Source: Clostridia bacterium (GTDB lineage: Bacteria > Bacillota > Clostridia > RGIG6154). Taken from it: 64,000 nt of DNA. The DNA lies in contig JAZNOU010000020.1 of the NCBI GenBank assembly GCA_045589295.1, forward strand, positions 1 through 64,000, read 5' to 3'. The notes beneath the pieces are model-generated. The model did no database searches. It saw only the letters and a list, made by a program, of their open reading frames with translations, and was not told the DNA's origin. This document shows positions 18,248-29,960 of the stretch, in pieces (within the stretch, counting starts at the first letter, position 1; the number at the start of each line of letters is the position of its first letter). Both the position numbers and the translations under genes were made by a program.

Positions 18248-21200
18248 TTATTCACCAGAGTAAAGATCCTTGAGTTTGAGCAAGTGGTTATACTTGTCTT
18301 TCGCAATCTTTTCAGCTTCTGTGAAGAGTTCTTCAGCACGTTCAGGGAACTTACGAGCAAGTGAGCTGTAACGAACCTCGTTCATGATAAAGTCTCTGTA
18401 TGATTCTGTTGGATCCTTTGAGTCAAGTGAGAACTTAACTTCAGCTTCAGGATTGAATCTGAATGTATGCCAGTAACCACACTTAACTGCGTTATCAATA
18501 ATCTTCTGAGTATCTGTCATACCGCCCTTGATACCATGGTTGATACAAGGAGCATAACCGATAATAATTGAAGGGCCATTGTAATCAACAGCTTCTTTGA
18601 TAGCTTTAACAGTCTGAGCATTGTCATAACCTAAAGCTACCTGAGCAACGTAAACATAACCATAGCTCATAGCAATTTCCGCTAAGTTTTTCTTTCTGAT
18701 TGGCTTACCGCCTGCAGCAAACTGAGCAACTGCACCTGTAGGTGTAGCTTTTGAAGCCTGACCACCTGTATTTGAGTAAACCTCTGTATCAAATACCATA
18801 ATGTTTACATCTTCGCCTGATGCGATAACATGATCAAGACCGCCAAAGCCAATATCGTATGCCCAACCGTCACCACCAAAGATCCAAACCGCTTTCTTAG
18901 CAAGATATTCTTTAAAGTCTAAAACTGCTTTAGCTTCGTCGCTACCACATTTTTCAAGAGCAGCGATTAAATCAAGTGTAGGCTGAACGTTAGCATCAAT
19001 ATCTTCGTATGTTTCAAGCCATGCAGGAAGCGCTTCTTTAACTGTAGCGCAGTCCATAGCCATAATCTGTTCCTTAAGTCTGGTTCTTATTCTCTTCTGA
19101 CCTACTGCCATACCAAGACCGTGTTCTGCGTTATCTTCAAACAATGAGTTTGCCCAAGCAGGACCATGACCTTTGTGGTTTACAGTATATGGTGTTGAAG
19201 GAGCACTACCACCCCAGATTGAAGAACAACCTGTTGCGTTGGAAATGTATGCTCTGTCACCGCAAATCTGAGTAATAAGTTTTGCATAAGGTGTTTCACC
19301 GCAGCCTGCGCAAGCACCTGAGAACTCTAAGAGTGGCTGACGGAACTGTGAGTTTTTAACATTTAATGGTGCTGTCAAAAGTTCAGGTTTAACTGAAACT
19401 TTAACGCCATAATCAAATGCTTCTTGTTTTTCCATCTGTGTATCAATTGGTTTCATTGTAAGTGCAGATTCTTTTGCAGGACAAACCTTAGCACAGTTTC
19501 CGCAACCTGAGCAGTCGAGAGTTGATACGATGATACCAAACTCATAGCTTTCCATGCCTTTACCAATCATCTTCTTATGAGCAAGTGATGCTGGAGCTTT
19601 CTTTACTTCTTCTTCATTTAATACAACAGGTCTGATTGCCGCATGAGGACAAACAAGAGCACACTTGTTACACTGGATACATTTTGTTACATCCCATTCA
19701 GGAACGTCAACAGCTATACCACGTTTTTCGTAAGCAGCCATACCTTGTTCTAAGTGACCGTCTACCATATTCATAAATGTTGAAACCGGAAGTTTGTCAC
19801 CAGCCTGAGCATTACATGGATCCAAGATATTCTTAACGTATGCAGGAACATCTTTTTCTGCTTTTTTATCTTCTGTAGCTGTCTTCCAGTCAGCAGGAAT
19901 TTCAATCTTGTTAATGCTTTCTGAACCCTTTGTAATAGCTTCGTGGTTCATATTAACAATCTTTTCACCTTTTTTGCTAAACTTTTTAACAACAGCAGCC
20001 TTCATATATTCAACTGCTTCTTCAAAAGGAATAACATTTGCAAGTTTAAAGAATGCTGACTGAAGAACGATTGAAGTTTTGTTTCCAAGTCCGATTTCTT
20101 TAGCAATACCGATAGCATCAATAGTGTAAAGGTTAATATCATTTTCAGCAATGTATTTCTTCATTTTGCCAGGAAGGTTAGCTGAAAGTTCGTTAACATC
20201 CCAAGCACAGTTGAGTAAGAATGTGCCGCCCGGAACCAAATCCTCTACCATATCGTATTTGTCAACATATGATGGGTTGTGGCATGCAACAAAGTTAGCT
20301 TTGTTAATCAAATATGTTGATTTGATTGGTTTCTTACCAAATCTCAAATGAGATACTGTAATACCGCCAGATTTTTTAGAGTCGTATGCAAAGTATGCCT
20401 GTGCAAAAAGGTCTGTGTGGTCACCAATAATTTTGATTGAATCTTTATTTGCACCAACAGTACCGTCTGAACCAAGGCCCCAGAACTTACAAGCTGAGTT
20501 ACCTTCTGCAGATGTAACAGGGTTTTCAGCTCTTGGGAGTGAAAGGTTTGTTACGTCGTCTGTGATTGAAAGTGTAAATCCCTTGATAGGTTCTGATGCA
20601 TCAAGGTTTTTGTATGTTGCGATAATATCAGCAGGGATTGTGTCTTTTGAACCAAGACCATATCTACCACCAACAATTACAGGTGCATTGTTGTTACCTG
20701 CATAGCAAGCGCAAACATCAAGATATAAAGGTTCACCGATAGAACCGGGTTCTTTTGTTCTGTCAAGTACAGCAATCTTCTTACATGTGCTTGGCACTGC
20801 TTTTAAGAATGCTTCAACAGGGAAAGGTCTGTAAAGACGAATCTTGATAAGACCAACTTTTTCGCCTTTTGCTGCGAGGTAATCGATTGTTTCTTCTATA
20901 GTTTCGCAAACTGAGCCCATTGCAACGATAACTTTTTCAGCATCAGGTGCACCATAGTAGTTAACTAAGCCGTAGTTTGTACCAATCTTAGCATTAACTT
21001 TATTCATATATTCTTCAACTACTGCAGGAACATTGTTGTAGTATTCATTACAAGCTTCTCTGTTCTGGAAGAAGATATCAGGGTTCTGTGCAGAACCACG
21101 AAGAACAGGACGTTCAGGATTGAGCGCGTTGTTTCTGAACGCTTTAACTGCGTCCATATCCACCATTTCTTTTAAGTCTTCATAATCCCAAACTTCAATT

Positions 21201-21745
21201 TTGTCGATTTCGTGTGACGTTCTGAAACCATCGAAAAAGTGAAGGAAAGGAACTTTGCCTTTAATAGCAGCCAAGTGTGCTACAGCACCAAGGTCCATAA
21301 CTTCCTGAGGGCTGTTTGAGCAAAGCATTGCATAACCAGTCTGACGGCAAGCCATAACATCTGAATGGTCTCCGAAAATATTAAGAGCATGCGATGCTAC
21401 ACATCTTGCACTAACGTGAATAACAGAAGGCAAAAGTTCACCTGCCATTTTATACATATTCGGAATCATAAGTAACAAACCCTGTGAAGCTGTGTATGTT
21501 GTTGTGAGAGCACCTGCAGCGAGTGAACCGTGAACTGCACCTGCGGCGCCGGCTTCTGACTGCATCTCTACAACCTGCACAGGTTGTCCGAAAATGTTGT
21601 TTCTTTTTTCTACTGCCCATTCATCAGTTACTTCCGCCATAACAGATGATGGTGTAATCGGGTAAATAGCTGCAACATCTGTAAACGCATAAGATGCCCA
21701 TGCGGCAGCATTATTACCATCCATGGTTTTCATTTTTCTTGCCAT
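18248..21745 (-). CDS. nifJ: Pyruvate:ferredoxin (flavodoxin) oxidoreductase, single chain
   Basis: YPITPS, MQSEAGAAG, two CxxCxxC ferredoxin motifs, FSGACAGCGE, GGDGWAYDIG. Confidence 0.98.
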   Translation of the reverse strand: MARKMKTMDGNNAAAWASYAFTDVAAIYPITPSSVMAEVTDEWAVEKRNNIFGQPVQVVEMQSEAGAAGAVHGSLAAGALTTTYTASQGLLLMIPNMYKMAGELLPSVIHVSARCVASHALNIFGDHSDVMACRQTGYAMLCSNSPQEVMDLGAVAHLAAIKGKVPFLHFFDGFRTSHEIDKIEVWDYEDLKEMVDMDAVKAFRNNALNPERPVLRGSAQNPDIFFQNREACNEYYNNVPAVVEEYMNKVNAKIGTNYGLVNYYGAPDAEKVIVAMGSVCETIEETIDYLAAKGEKVGLIKIRLYRPFPVEAFLKAVPSTCKKIAVLDRTKEPGSIGEPLYLDVCACYAGNNNAPVIVGGRYGLGSKDTIPADIIATYKNLDASEPIKGFTLSITDDVTNLSLPRAENPVTSAEGNSACKFWGLGSDGTVGANKDSIKIIGDHTDLFAQAYFAYDSKKSGGITVSHLRFGKKPIKSTYLINKANFVACHNPSYVDKYDMVEDLVPGGTFLLNCAWDVNELSANLPGKMKKYIAENDINLYTIDAIGIAKEIGLGNKTSIVLQSAFFKLANVIPFEEAVEYMKAAVVKKFSKKGEKIVNMNHEAITKGSESINKIEIPADWKTATEDKKAEKDVPAYVKNILDPCNAQAGDKLPVSTFMNMVDGHLEQGMAAYEKRGIAVDVPEWDVTKCIQCNKCALVCPHAAIRPVVLNEEEVKKAPASLAHKKMIGKGMESYEFGIIVSTLDCSGCGNCAKVCPAKESALTMKPIDTQMEKQEAFDYGVKVSVKPELLTAPLNVKNSQFRQPLLEFSGACAGCGETPYAKLITQICGDRAYISNATGCSSIWGGSAPSTPYTVNHKGHGPAWANSLFEDNAEHGLGMAVGQKRIRTRLKEQIMAMDCATVKEALPAWLETYEDIDANVQPTLDLIAALEKCGSDEAKAVLDFKEYLAKKAVWIFGGDGWAYDIGFGGLDHVIASGEDVNIMVFDTEVYSNTGGQASKATPTGAVAQFAAGGKPIRKKNLAEIAMSYGYVYVAQVALGYDNAQTVKAIKEAVDYNGPSIIIGYAPCINHGIKGGMTDTQKIIDNAVKCGYWHTFRFNPEAEVKFSLDSKDPTESYRDFIMNEVRYSSLARKFPERAEELFTEAEKIAKDKYNHLLKLKDLYSGE

Positions 21746-21907
21746 GAATAAGACTCCTTTCTATGTTATATGTGAATTTAATTTGTGTAATTTTAATGGT
21801 GCAAAGCAAATATAAGCAAAACTTTTACACTTAGTTGTATTATATCACAAAATGTTGCTATTTGTAAACACAATTTTTAAAATTGCCAATCTCTCAATAT
21901 TTTCAAC

Positions 21908-22897
21908 TTACATTTTAATTACTTTAAATCCATCTTGAATTTGTATAATCTTTTCCAAAATATTTTCACTTACATAAATTGTATTTTCTGATACAACAAT
22001 ATATTCAAACTCATTATTTTTTTGTTTAAGTTCTTTTGCAAGTTCAAGGCCAGAAACTGCAATAGCTGTAGAATATGCATCGCACATTGTTGCATCCTTT
22101 CCGATAATAGTAACTTGCGAAATGCCGCTTTGTGCAGGGTAACCGTTTTTAGGGTCTAAAATGTGATGATAAACTTTTCCGTCTATTTCAAAATTTCTCT
22201 CATAAACCCCCGATGACACCACTGCAGCATCATCGACTTGTAAAACACAAACAGTATCGCCCCGAGTGCTGTAAGGATTTTGTATTCCTATTTTCAAAGG
22301 TTTGTTTGTGCTGTAGGCATATATGTTCCCGCCAAAATCCAGCAGAAATTTTTTAACGCCTCTGTCTTTTAACGCATTTGCAACCACATCGGTCAAATAT
22401 CCTTTTGCAACTGCCCCAAAATCAAGTTGGATTCCATGTTTTAACGTTACATTATCATCATTTATTTCAAGATTTTCCATTCCTGATTTTGACAACGCAT
22501 CTTTTATCTTTTTATCATCCGGCACTCTGGGATTTTCAGAATTTATATCCCACAAGTCCTTTAGATTTTTTAACGTAATGTCAAAACTTCCGTTTGTTTC
22601 TTCAGAAAACTCAACAGATTTATTCAAAATCTGCACCATATCTTTTGACACTTTCTTCTTACCCAAAGTATTTAATTCATAAATCTCGCTATTTTTATCA
22701 TAGGCATTAAAAATCTTATCAAGCTTTTGAGTTTCATCTTTTACAAACTCAAGATTTGCGTTACTGCCAACCAAACTCACTTTCATCATTGTATCCATTG
22801 AAAAAAATGTAATGGTTTTAAGTTCTGACATATATTTTATCAAAACCCCTGTGCACACAACAACTATCAACATAACAGCCAAAAGCTTTTTTTTCAT
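21908..22897 (-). CDS. apbE: FAD:protein FMN transferase
   Basis: FSMDT, FDIT, LDFGAVAKGY, SSGVYER, HHILDP, DAYSTA; likely start MKKKLL at 22897. Confidence 0.93.
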   Translation of the reverse strand: MKKKLLAVMLIVVVCTGVLIKYMSELKTITFFSMDTMMKVSLVGSNANLEFVKDETQKLDKIFNAYDKNSEIYELNTLGKKKVSKDMVQILNKSVEFSEETNGSFDITLKNLKDLWDINSENPRVPDDKKIKDALSKSGMENLEINDDNVTLKHGIQLDFGAVAKGYLTDVVANALKDRGVKKFLLDFGGNIYAYSTNKPLKIGIQNPYSTRGDTVCVLQVDDAAVVSSGVYERNFEIDGKVYHHILDPKNGYPAQSGISQVTIIGKDATMCDAYSTAIAVSGLELAKELKQKNNEFEYIVVSENTIYVSENILEKIIQIQDGFKVIKM

Positions 22898-22963
22898 AAA
22901 AAAACCTCCGTAAAAGCGATTACATTTAAATTGTACCACATTCACGGAAATTTTTAAATAGTT

Positions 22964-23806
22964 TTATTCAATTTGCATAATTTTGAGTTTATCTTTATCA
23001 CAAGGAATTTTTATAAGATACTCTATAAAATTTTTATTTTCCTTCTTAGTGGTTTGCACCATTACACCCGCCTTTTGAACAACATCAACCGCCTTATTTA
23101 TAGTATTGATAAACATCCTCAGATGCACAACTCCCATCATTTTACCACTTTCTTTTGCTTTTTCCTCTTCTACTTTTTCAATTGCTTTTAACACAAGTTC
23201 TTCTGTTTTCGAAACATTATATTCATTTTCGCAAACTTGCTTTAAAATCTTAAGCTGAGTTTGTTCATCATGCACTTTTAAAAGCGCCCTTGCGTGACGC
23301 TCTGTAAGATTTTTTTCTCTTATGATTTCTCTTACACTTTCAGGCAGTTTTAAAATTCTCAGTCTGTTTGCGACCGAAGACTGACTTTTACCTAGTTTTT
23401 CTGCTACTTCTTCCTGCGTATACTTGTGGTCGCAAATAAGGTGTTGCATTGCTTCTGCTTCTTCCCAATAGGACAAATCGGCTCGTTGCAAGTTTTCCAA
23501 AAGTGCAATTACCGCCGAGTCGTTTTCAGTAACATCTATAACTATACAAGGCATATGCGTGCAGTTTATAAGCCTTGACGCTTTAAGTCTTCTTTCCCCT
23601 GACACAAGTTCATAACCGCCAATAAAATTTTTACGCACAGTAATAGGCTGAATAACGCCATACTGCTTTATACTTTTTGCAAGCTCTGCAATTTTATCAG
23701 AATCAAAATTTTTTCTCGGCTGATACGGATTTAAAGAAATTTTATCTATTGGTATTTCAACAACATTATTTACGATTTTCTCGCTTAAAACCACCGTGCT
23801 TCTCAT
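22964..23806 (-). CDS. noc: Nucleoid occlusion protein (ParB family, Noc-like)
   Basis: NPYQPR, GERR, ENLQR, HTH (GKSQSSVANRLR), Noc-type C-terminus (FINTINKAV...IKIP); follows rsmG; GGAGG before ATG 23806. Confidence 0.8.
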   Translation of the reverse strand: MRSTVVLSEKIVNNVVEIPIDKISLNPYQPRKNFDSDKIAELAKSIKQYGVIQPITVRKNFIGGYELVSGERRLKASRLINCTHMPCIVIDVTENDSAVIALLENLQRADLSYWEEAEAMQHLICDHKYTQEEVAEKLGKSQSSVANRLRILKLPESVREIIREKNLTERHARALLKVHDEQTQLKILKQVCENEYNVSKTEELVLKAIEKVEEEKAKESGKMMGVVHLRMFINTINKAVDVVQKAGVMVQTTKKENKNFIEYLIKIPCDKDKLKIMQIE

Positions 23807-23909
23807 CAAAACTCCTCCTTGGTATTTATGGATATATTTTATCATATTTACCATAATTTGGAAATAAAAACACATTGATAAAAATCCTTAAAAAACTACA
23901 AAAGAGCCT

Positions 23910-24617
23910 TTATTTCAAAGGCTCTTTTGACGGTTTACCCGCTTTGCGTGGGTATTTTGTCGGTGTTGCACGAACTTTTCTTATTTTAATCACTGTATGA
24001 TTTATGTCGGTTTCAGGAAGATTTTCGCACATTAAATCTTCCACTTTTCCTCCAAGTGTTCCTATTGCACTTCTTGCCAAGTCCAATTCTTCTTCTACAT
24101 CAGGCCCTTTCATAGAAACAAATAACCCGCCCTCTTTAACAAAAGGTAAGCAATACTCTGACAAGGTAGAAAGATTTGCAACAGCACGCGACACGCAAAA
24201 ATCAAATTTTTCTCTGTATTTTACATTTTGCGCGCCATCTTCTGCTCTTGAATGAACAGTTGTAACATTTTTGAGATTAAGTTTTCTTACAACCTCTTCT
24301 AAAAAGCTTATTCTTTTATTGAGTGAATCTAAAAGACAAATGTTGATTTCAGGCTTTAATATTTTAAGCACAAGCCCAGGAAATCCCGCTCCTGTTCCAA
24401 CATCAATTACGTCGCCTTTTAAGTCTATAAATTTAAGGCAAGTTGCACAATCAATAAAGTGCTTTATGGCAACATCTTCTTTAACTGTGATTGCCGTTAA
24501 ATTCATTTTTTCATTCCATTCAATTAAAAGCTCGTAATACAACTGAAACTGATTAAGCATATCATCTGTATAAGAAATTCCAAGTTCAGAAAATCCTTTT
24601 TTCAAAAGCTCAACCAT
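23910..24617 (-). CDS. rsmG: 16S rRNA m7G527 methyltransferase
   Basis: WNEKMNLTAI, DVGTGAGFPG, SRAVA, YPRKAG. Confidence 0.97.
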   Translation of the reverse strand: MVELLKKGFSELGISYTDDMLNQFQLYYELLIEWNEKMNLTAITVKEDVAIKHFIDCATCLKFIDLKGDVIDVGTGAGFPGLVLKILKPEINICLLDSLNKRISFLEEVVRKLNLKNVTTVHSRAEDGAQNVKYREKFDFCVSRAVANLSTLSEYCLPFVKEGGLFVSMKGPDVEEELDLARSAIGTLGGKVEDLMCENLPETDINHTVIKIRKVRATPTKYPRKAGKPSKEPLK

Positions 24618-24622
24618 AAAAT

Positions 24623-26506
24623 TTACTCCTTATTTTTTCTTGAATATTGCTCTAAAAATATCACTAAAACCGCAATATCAGCAGGTGAAACACCTGTAAT
24701 TCTTGATGCTTGTCCTAATGACACAGGACGTATTGCATTTAATTTTTGTCTTGCTTCAATTCTTAAGCCCTGGATTGTCATATAATCTATTTCTTCAGGA
24801 AGCTTTTTATTTTCAAGCTTTTTAAACGCCTCAACCTGAGCAAGTTGGCGCTTTATATACCCATCATATTTTGCAGTGATTTCAACCTGTTCTTTTACAC
24901 TATCAGGAAGGTTAGGTCTGTTTTTATCAACAATTTCAAGCATCTCATAAGTAACCTCAGGTCGCTTTAAAAGCTCCATAAGTTTAAAACCTGTTGAAAT
25001 TTTGGTTGTGTTTATGCTTTCAAGCAAGTTGTTGATCTCATCAGACGGCGGTACTGTTACACCTTCCAATCTTTCAATTTCAGCCTTAATAAGTTCTTGC
25101 TTTTTGAGCATATTTTCGTATCTTTCACTTGATACAAGACCTATTTGGTATCCTATCGGCATCATTCTCTGATCTGCATTATCCTGTCTTAAAAGTAGTC
25201 TGTATTCAGAACGTGATGTCATCATTCTGTACGGCTCTTTTGTCCCTTTTGTAACAAGGTCATCTATTAAAGTTCCAATATAGGATGTGTTTCTTCCTAA
25301 AACAAGAGGGTCTTTTCCTTTTATTTTAAGTGCCGCATTTATCCCTGCAACAAGTCCCTGACAAGCTGCCTCCTCATAACCTGAACTTCCGTTAAATTGA
25401 CCCGCTCCGTAGAGTCCCTGAATTTCTTTAAACTCCAAGGTTGGATAAAGCTGTGTTGCATCAACGCAATCGTATTCTATTGCATAAGCAGTTCTTGTTA
25501 CTACTACATTTTCCAATCCCTTAATAGTTTTAAGCATAGCAATCTGCACGTCTTCAGGAAGACTTGATGACATCCCCTGAACATACATTTCTTCTGTATT
25601 TAAACCCATAGGCTCAATGAAAATCTGGTGTCTTTCTTTATCTTTAAAACGCATAACTTTATCTTCAATTGAGGGACAATACCTTGGTCCTACCCCCTCA
25701 ATAACACCGCTGTAAAGAGGTGAACGATGAATGTTATCCATAATAACCTTATGAGTATCTAAATTTGTATATGTAACATAGCAATCTGCAACATTTTCAC
25801 CAGGATTTTCAGTATCAAATGAAAATGGTTGAATTTTATCATCACCCTTTTGCACTTCCATCTTGTCAAAATCAAGTGAAGATGCCAAAACCCTTGCAGG
25901 TGTACCTGTTTTGAAGCGCATCAATTTAACACCCTGTTCCAAAAGGCAACCTGAAAGTTCCCTTGCTGGAAAAAGTCCATCAGGACCGCTTTCATAACCT
26001 ACATCACCAATTATTATTTTGCCTTTTAAAAATGTTCCCGAAGCAATAATTGCTGCTTTCACATCATAAGTAGCTCCTATATGCGTGGTTACCGACTTAA
26101 CCTTTTTGTTTTCAAAACCGATATTTATAATTTCGGCCTGTTTAACATGCAGGTTTTCCTGAGTTTCAAGAACATGCTTCATATATTCCTGATACTTTCT
26201 TCTGTCGCTTTGTACCCTTATTGAGTAAACTGCAGGGCCTTTACCGCGGTTTAACATTTTTGACTGAATAAACGTACTATCTGCCGCCTTGCCCATTTCA
26301 CCACCTAATGCATCTATTTCACGCACTAAGTGTCCCTTGCCTGTTCCACCTATGCTAGGATTACATGGCATATTGCCGACTGTATCAAGATTTATTGCAA
26401 ATATTATAGTTTTTAATCCCATTCTTGCACAAGAAAGTGCGGCTTCAATCCCCGCATGACCTGCACCGATGACGGCAACATCATACTCTCCTGCTTTATA
26501 TGCCAT
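24623..26506 (-). CDS. mnmG: tRNA U34 carboxymethylaminomethyl modification enzyme MnmG (GidA)
   Basis: [39 protein letters not shown]. Confidence 0.98.
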   Translation of the reverse strand: MAYKAGEYDVAVIGAGHAGIEAALSCARMGLKTIIFAINLDTVGNMPCNPSIGGTGKGHLVREIDALGGEMGKAADSTFIQSKMLNRGKGPAVYSIRVQSDRRKYQEYMKHVLETQENLHVKQAEIINIGFENKKVKSVTTHIGATYDVKAAIIASGTFLKGKIIIGDVGYESGPDGLFPARELSGCLLEQGVKLMRFKTGTPARVLASSLDFDKMEVQKGDDKIQPFSFDTENPGENVADCYVTYTNLDTHKVIMDNIHRSPLYSGVIEGVGPRYCPSIEDKVMRFKDKERHQIFIEPMGLNTEEMYVQGMSSSLPEDVQIAMLKTIKGLENVVVTRTAYAIEYDCVDATQLYPTLEFKEIQGLYGAGQFNGSSGYEEAACQGLVAGINAALKIKGKDPLVLGRNTSYIGTLIDDLVTKGTKEPYRMMTSRSEYRLLLRQDNADQRMMPIGYQIGLVSSERYENMLKKQELIKAEIERLEGVTVPPSDEINNLLESINTTKISTGFKLMELLKRPEVTYEMLEIVDKNRPNLPDSVKEQVEITAKYDGYIKRQLAQVEAFKKLENKKLPEEIDYMTIQGLRIEARQKLNAIRPVSLGQASRITGVSPADIAVLVIFLEQYSRKNKE

Positions 26507-26519
26507 TTTAATCCTCCTT

Positions 26520-27857
26520 TTATTTTCCTAAACAGAAATTATGAAATACTTTATCAACAATTTCTTCTGAAACTGTAAGTCCTACAATTTCACCAAGTGC
26601 TTCTATTGCAAGCTCTATATCAATACCAATCATATCGAGCATCATTCCACCTTGTGATGCATTAAGCGCATTTTTCAAGTTTTGCATACATTTAATTACA
26701 CACTCATAATGTCGCTCGTTTGTAATAACTTCACCTTCTGTAATTTCGCCTGATGAAATCATTTCTTTTATTTTTTCAGTAAGCTCTTCAAAACCCACTC
26801 CTGTCTTTGCTGACATTTTAATTCCCGAAAGAGTACTTACATCACCTATATCGCATTTATTTAAAACGACAAGTGTTTTTTTATTCTTAACATACTCCAA
26901 TATTTCTTTATCTTCATCGTCAAGCGGTTTTGAATTATCAAAAACAGCTAAAATAAAGCTTGCCTTTTCAGCCGCCTCCAGACTTCTTTTCACGCCGATA
27001 GCTTCAACTATATCGCTGGTTTGTCTTATTCCTGCCGTATCCATAAGCTTTATTGCAAAGCCATCTATATTTATATATTCTTCAACTATATCACGGGTTG
27101 TTCCTGCAACGGAAGTTACTATGGCTTTATCCTCGCCTGAAAGAAGGTTTAAAAGCGAAGATTTTCCAACGTTTGGCTTTCCTATTACCGCAACAGGAAT
27201 TCCATCTTTTAATATTCTGCCATACGAGGCGCTTTTTTCAAGTTTTTCACACTCTCTGATACACTCAGTCAAAGTTTCCGATATGTTATCATTGCTGAGT
27301 TCTTCAATTTCCTCTTCGGGGAAATCCACGTAAGCCTGAAGATGTGCTGCTAAATTCAAAAGCGTATTTCTCATTGAGTTTATTTTTTCAGAAAGCCTTC
27401 CCTCAAGCTGAAAAACTGCTTTCTCTGCCCCACGCTCTGAAACAGAGTTGATTAAATCAATAACGCCCTCTGCCTGAGACAAATCCATTTTCCCATTCAA
27501 AAATGCACGTTTTGTAAACTCCCCGCGCTGCGCTAAAACAGCACCATGATCTATCGCGCTTTTTAAAACTTTTTTCGCAATTAATATTCCACCATGGCAC
27601 GAAATTTCAACAGTATCTTCACCTGTATAAGAATGAGGTGCTTTAAAAACTGTAACAAGTACATTATCAATCAGTTTTTTCTCTTTATCGTAAACTTTCC
27701 CGTAATGTACGGTATTTGCATCAACTTCAAAAAGGCGCTTTGCCTTCTGACAAACAAAGAATTTGTCAGCAACACAAAACGCCTCATTTCCGCTTATTCT
27801 TATAACAGCAATACCACCGCTACCAAAAGGTGTTGAAATTGCAGCTATTGTACTCAA
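26520..27857 (-). CDS. mnmE: tRNA modification GTPase MnmE
   Basis: [34 protein letters not shown] terminus. Confidence 0.98.
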   Translation of the reverse strand: MSTIAAISTPFGSGGIAVIRISGNEAFCVADKFFVCQKAKRLFEVDANTVHYGKVYDKEKKLIDNVLVTVFKAPHSYTGEDTVEISCHGGILIAKKVLKSAIDHGAVLAQRGEFTKRAFLNGKMDLSQAEGVIDLINSVSERGAEKAVFQLEGRLSEKINSMRNTLLNLAAHLQAYVDFPEEEIEELSNDNISETLTECIRECEKLEKSASYGRILKDGIPVAVIGKPNVGKSSLLNLLSGEDKAIVTSVAGTTRDIVEEYINIDGFAIKLMDTAGIRQTSDIVEAIGVKRSLEAAEKASFILAVFDNSKPLDDEDKEILEYVKNKKTLVVLNKCDIGDVSTLSGIKMSAKTGVGFEELTEKIKEMISSGEITEGEVITNERHYECVIKCMQNLKNALNASQGGMMLDMIGIDIELAIEALGEIVGLTVSEEIVDKVFHNFCLGK

Positions 27858-27869
27858 AGCAAAAACTCC

Positions 27870-28502
27870 TTACTTGTTCTTTTTATCAAGGCTAACTACA
27901 ACCTTGCGCTGCGGTTCTTCACCAACACTTACAGTAACAACGCTTGGGTTTGCCTGTAAGGTAGAATGAATAACACGTCTTTCAAAAGAATTCATAGGTT
28001 CTAATGTGACACTTCTGCCGTTTCTTACAACTTTATCCGCAACTTTATTCGCAAGTTTTTCAAGCGCTAAAGTTCTCTTTTGTCTGTAGTTTTCAGTGTC
28101 AAGAGTAACTCTTACATAATCATTACTTTCGTTATTAACAACAATGCTTGTGAGATACTGAAGTGCATCTAATGTTTCCCCGCGTTTCCCAATCACAACG
28201 CCCATATTCTCGCCTTCAACCTCAACTGCAAGCACATCATCTTTAAGTTGTGCCTTTGCCTCACCGCGAACATTCATAAGCGGAAGAATTTTATTTAAAA
28301 ACTCCACCGCAGTTTCAGGTGCACTTTTTCCTTCGCTCCACGCGGCAATTTTGCACTGCTTTGCACCGATGCCAAATATCCCGCTTGTAGCATTTTCAAT
28401 AATTTCATACTGTAATTCATCAATAGATATATCAAGAGCAGAAGCTGCATTTAACTTAGCTTCTTCTAATGTCTTACCCTGAATTTCAATTCTATCACTC
28501 AT
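27870..28502 (-). CDS. jag: RNA-binding protein Jag/KhpB/EloR
   Basis: Jag N-terminal domain, KH (VIGKRGETLDALQ), R3H (ERRVIH); likely start MSDR overlapping the yidC stop. Confidence 0.95.
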   Translation of the reverse strand: MSDRIEIQGKTLEEAKLNAASALDISIDELQYEIIENATSGIFGIGAKQCKIAAWSEGKSAPETAVEFLNKILPLMNVRGEAKAQLKDDVLAVEVEGENMGVVIGKRGETLDALQYLTSIVVNNESNDYVRVTLDTENYRQKRTLALEKLANKVADKVVRNGRSVTLEPMNSFERRVIHSTLQANPSVVTVSVGEEPQRKVVVSLDKKNK

Positions 28503-29322
28503 TATTTTCTTTTTCATCCTTTCTTTTGTAATACACTGTAAGCAAATACTGCTGTACTATCTGAATAACGTTACTTGCAATCCAGTAAATACCAACACCC
28601 GCAGGCATAATAAAGCAGAAATATCCCGACATCAAAGGCATAACTATATTCATTGTTTTCATCTGCTCATTTGCTGCGCTGGTGTTACCTGACAACTGTC
28701 TTGAAACAATAGATGTAATGTATGATGTAACAGCAGACAAAACAGGTATAATCCAAAGCCATGAAATAAATTTAAGGTCAGGTGTTGCTGACAAATTAAG
28801 ACCAAACAGGTCAAAATTTATAGCTTCAATAGCAACCCCAAGCTTGTCCTGAATTAAATCTATTTTATCACCAAGTGCATTTGCAATTACAATCTGTGAT
28901 GTTCTCGGATATTCAAAATTCAAAACTTCCGCAATCTTTTTAATTACATCCACGTCTAAATGCATAACATACTGAAGTGGCTTTGTAATAACCTGATAAA
29001 GACCTATAATAATAGGAAACTGTATCAAAAGTGGCAAGCAACCGCCTGCAGGATTAACTTTGTTATCCTGATAAATCTTCATTGTTTCCTGCTGAAGCTT
29101 GTTTTTATCATTTGCATACTTTTTCTGTATTTTATCAAGCTGCGGCTGGATTTTCTGGATTTGATACATTGACCTTTGTTGTTTTGCAACAAGTGGTAAC
29201 ATAATTAACTTTACAACAATAGTAAAAATAAGTATTGCAACACCATAGTTTTGTACCAAAGAATATATTGTACTTAAAATATATCCGAGTGGTGTTGTTA
29301 TTAAAAGTGAAAAAATATTCAA
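28495..29322 (-). CDS. yidC: Membrane protein insertase YidC
   Basis: NYGVAI, GGCLPLLIQFPI, GIYW. Confidence 0.96.
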   Translation of the reverse strand: MNIFSLLITTPLGYILSTIYSLVQNYGVAILIFTIVVKLIMLPLVAKQQRSMYQIQKIQPQLDKIQKKYANDKNKLQQETMKIYQDNKVNPAGGCLPLLIQFPIIIGLYQVITKPLQYVMHLDVDVIKKIAEVLNFEYPRTSQIVIANALGDKIDLIQDKLGVAIEAINFDLFGLNLSATPDLKFISWLWIIPVLSAVTSYITSIVSRQLSGNTSAANEQMKTMNIVMPLMSGYFCFIMPAGVGIYWIASNVIQIVQQYLLTVYYKRKDEKENNE

Positions 29323-29334
29323 CTTTTTTCCTCC

Positions 29335-29544
29335 TTATGGAAGAGGGTCGTACCCTCCTTTATGAAATGGGTGACATTTTAAAAGGCGCTTTACAACAAG
29401 GTAGGTTGCCTTTAAAAAGCCGTATTTTTTATATGCCAAAAGTGCATACTCCGAACACGTTGGACGAAATCTGCAACAAGATGGCTTGAGCGGTGATATA
29501 TATTTTCTATATAAACTAATTAAAAAAATGCACACTCTCGTCAC
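29335..29544 (-). CDS. yidD: Membrane protein insertion efficiency factor
   Basis: ISP..CRFRPTCSEYA, CHPFHKGGYDP. Confidence 0.96.
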   Translation of the reverse strand: MTRVCIFLISLYRKYISPLKPSCCRFRPTCSEYALLAYKKYGFLKATYLVVKRLLKCHPFHKGGYDPLP

Positions 29545-29861
29545 TGTAAAATCAGCTCCGACTTACAAAGGAGTTCATAAAGTGAACCTTTTATTGAGTG
29601 AAAATCATTTTTTGCCGCAACTGTTCTTGCAACAATCACAACATCATAACCTTCTCTAACACAAAAAGTGCGCCAGCTTTCACGCACTAAACGACGTATT
29701 CTGTTTCTTACTACTGCCTTGCCAATTTTCTTGCTGACAGTAATGCCGACTCTGGTTTTGTCCTTATTAGGAAGATAGTAAAGAACCAGATTCTGAGACA
29801 CTTCCTTTTTGCCTTTGTAGTATGCTTTTTTAAAAATTTTGTTCTCTTTGATAGTTATCAT
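29541..29861 (-). CDS. rnpA: Ribonuclease P protein component
   Basis: GITVSKKIGKAVVRNRIRR (RNR motif). Confidence 0.96.
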   Translation of the reverse strand: MITIKENKIFKKAYYKGKKEVSQNLVLYYLPNKDKTRVGITVSKKIGKAVVRNRIRRLVRESWRTFCVREGYDVVIVARTVAAKNDFHSIKGSLYELLCKSELILQ

Positions 29862-29934
29862 TGATAATCACGCAAAATTCCATGCCGCAACGGGATTGAT
29901 TCCCGCGCGGTCTGTTTTAAAATGAACCTCATTA

Positions 29935-29960
29935 CAAAAAGAACGTGTAAAAACACGTCC
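29935..29960 (-). terminator. Terminator-like hairpin after rpmH
   Basis: GGACGTGT-TTTT-ACACGTTC-TTTTT on the minus strand. Confidence 0.65.

Noticed and set aside
21746-21907. Rex operator upstream of PFOR (and upstream of rnfC)
   Set aside because: Only partial TTGT...ACAA matches with wrong spacing, overlapping ordinary promoter elements
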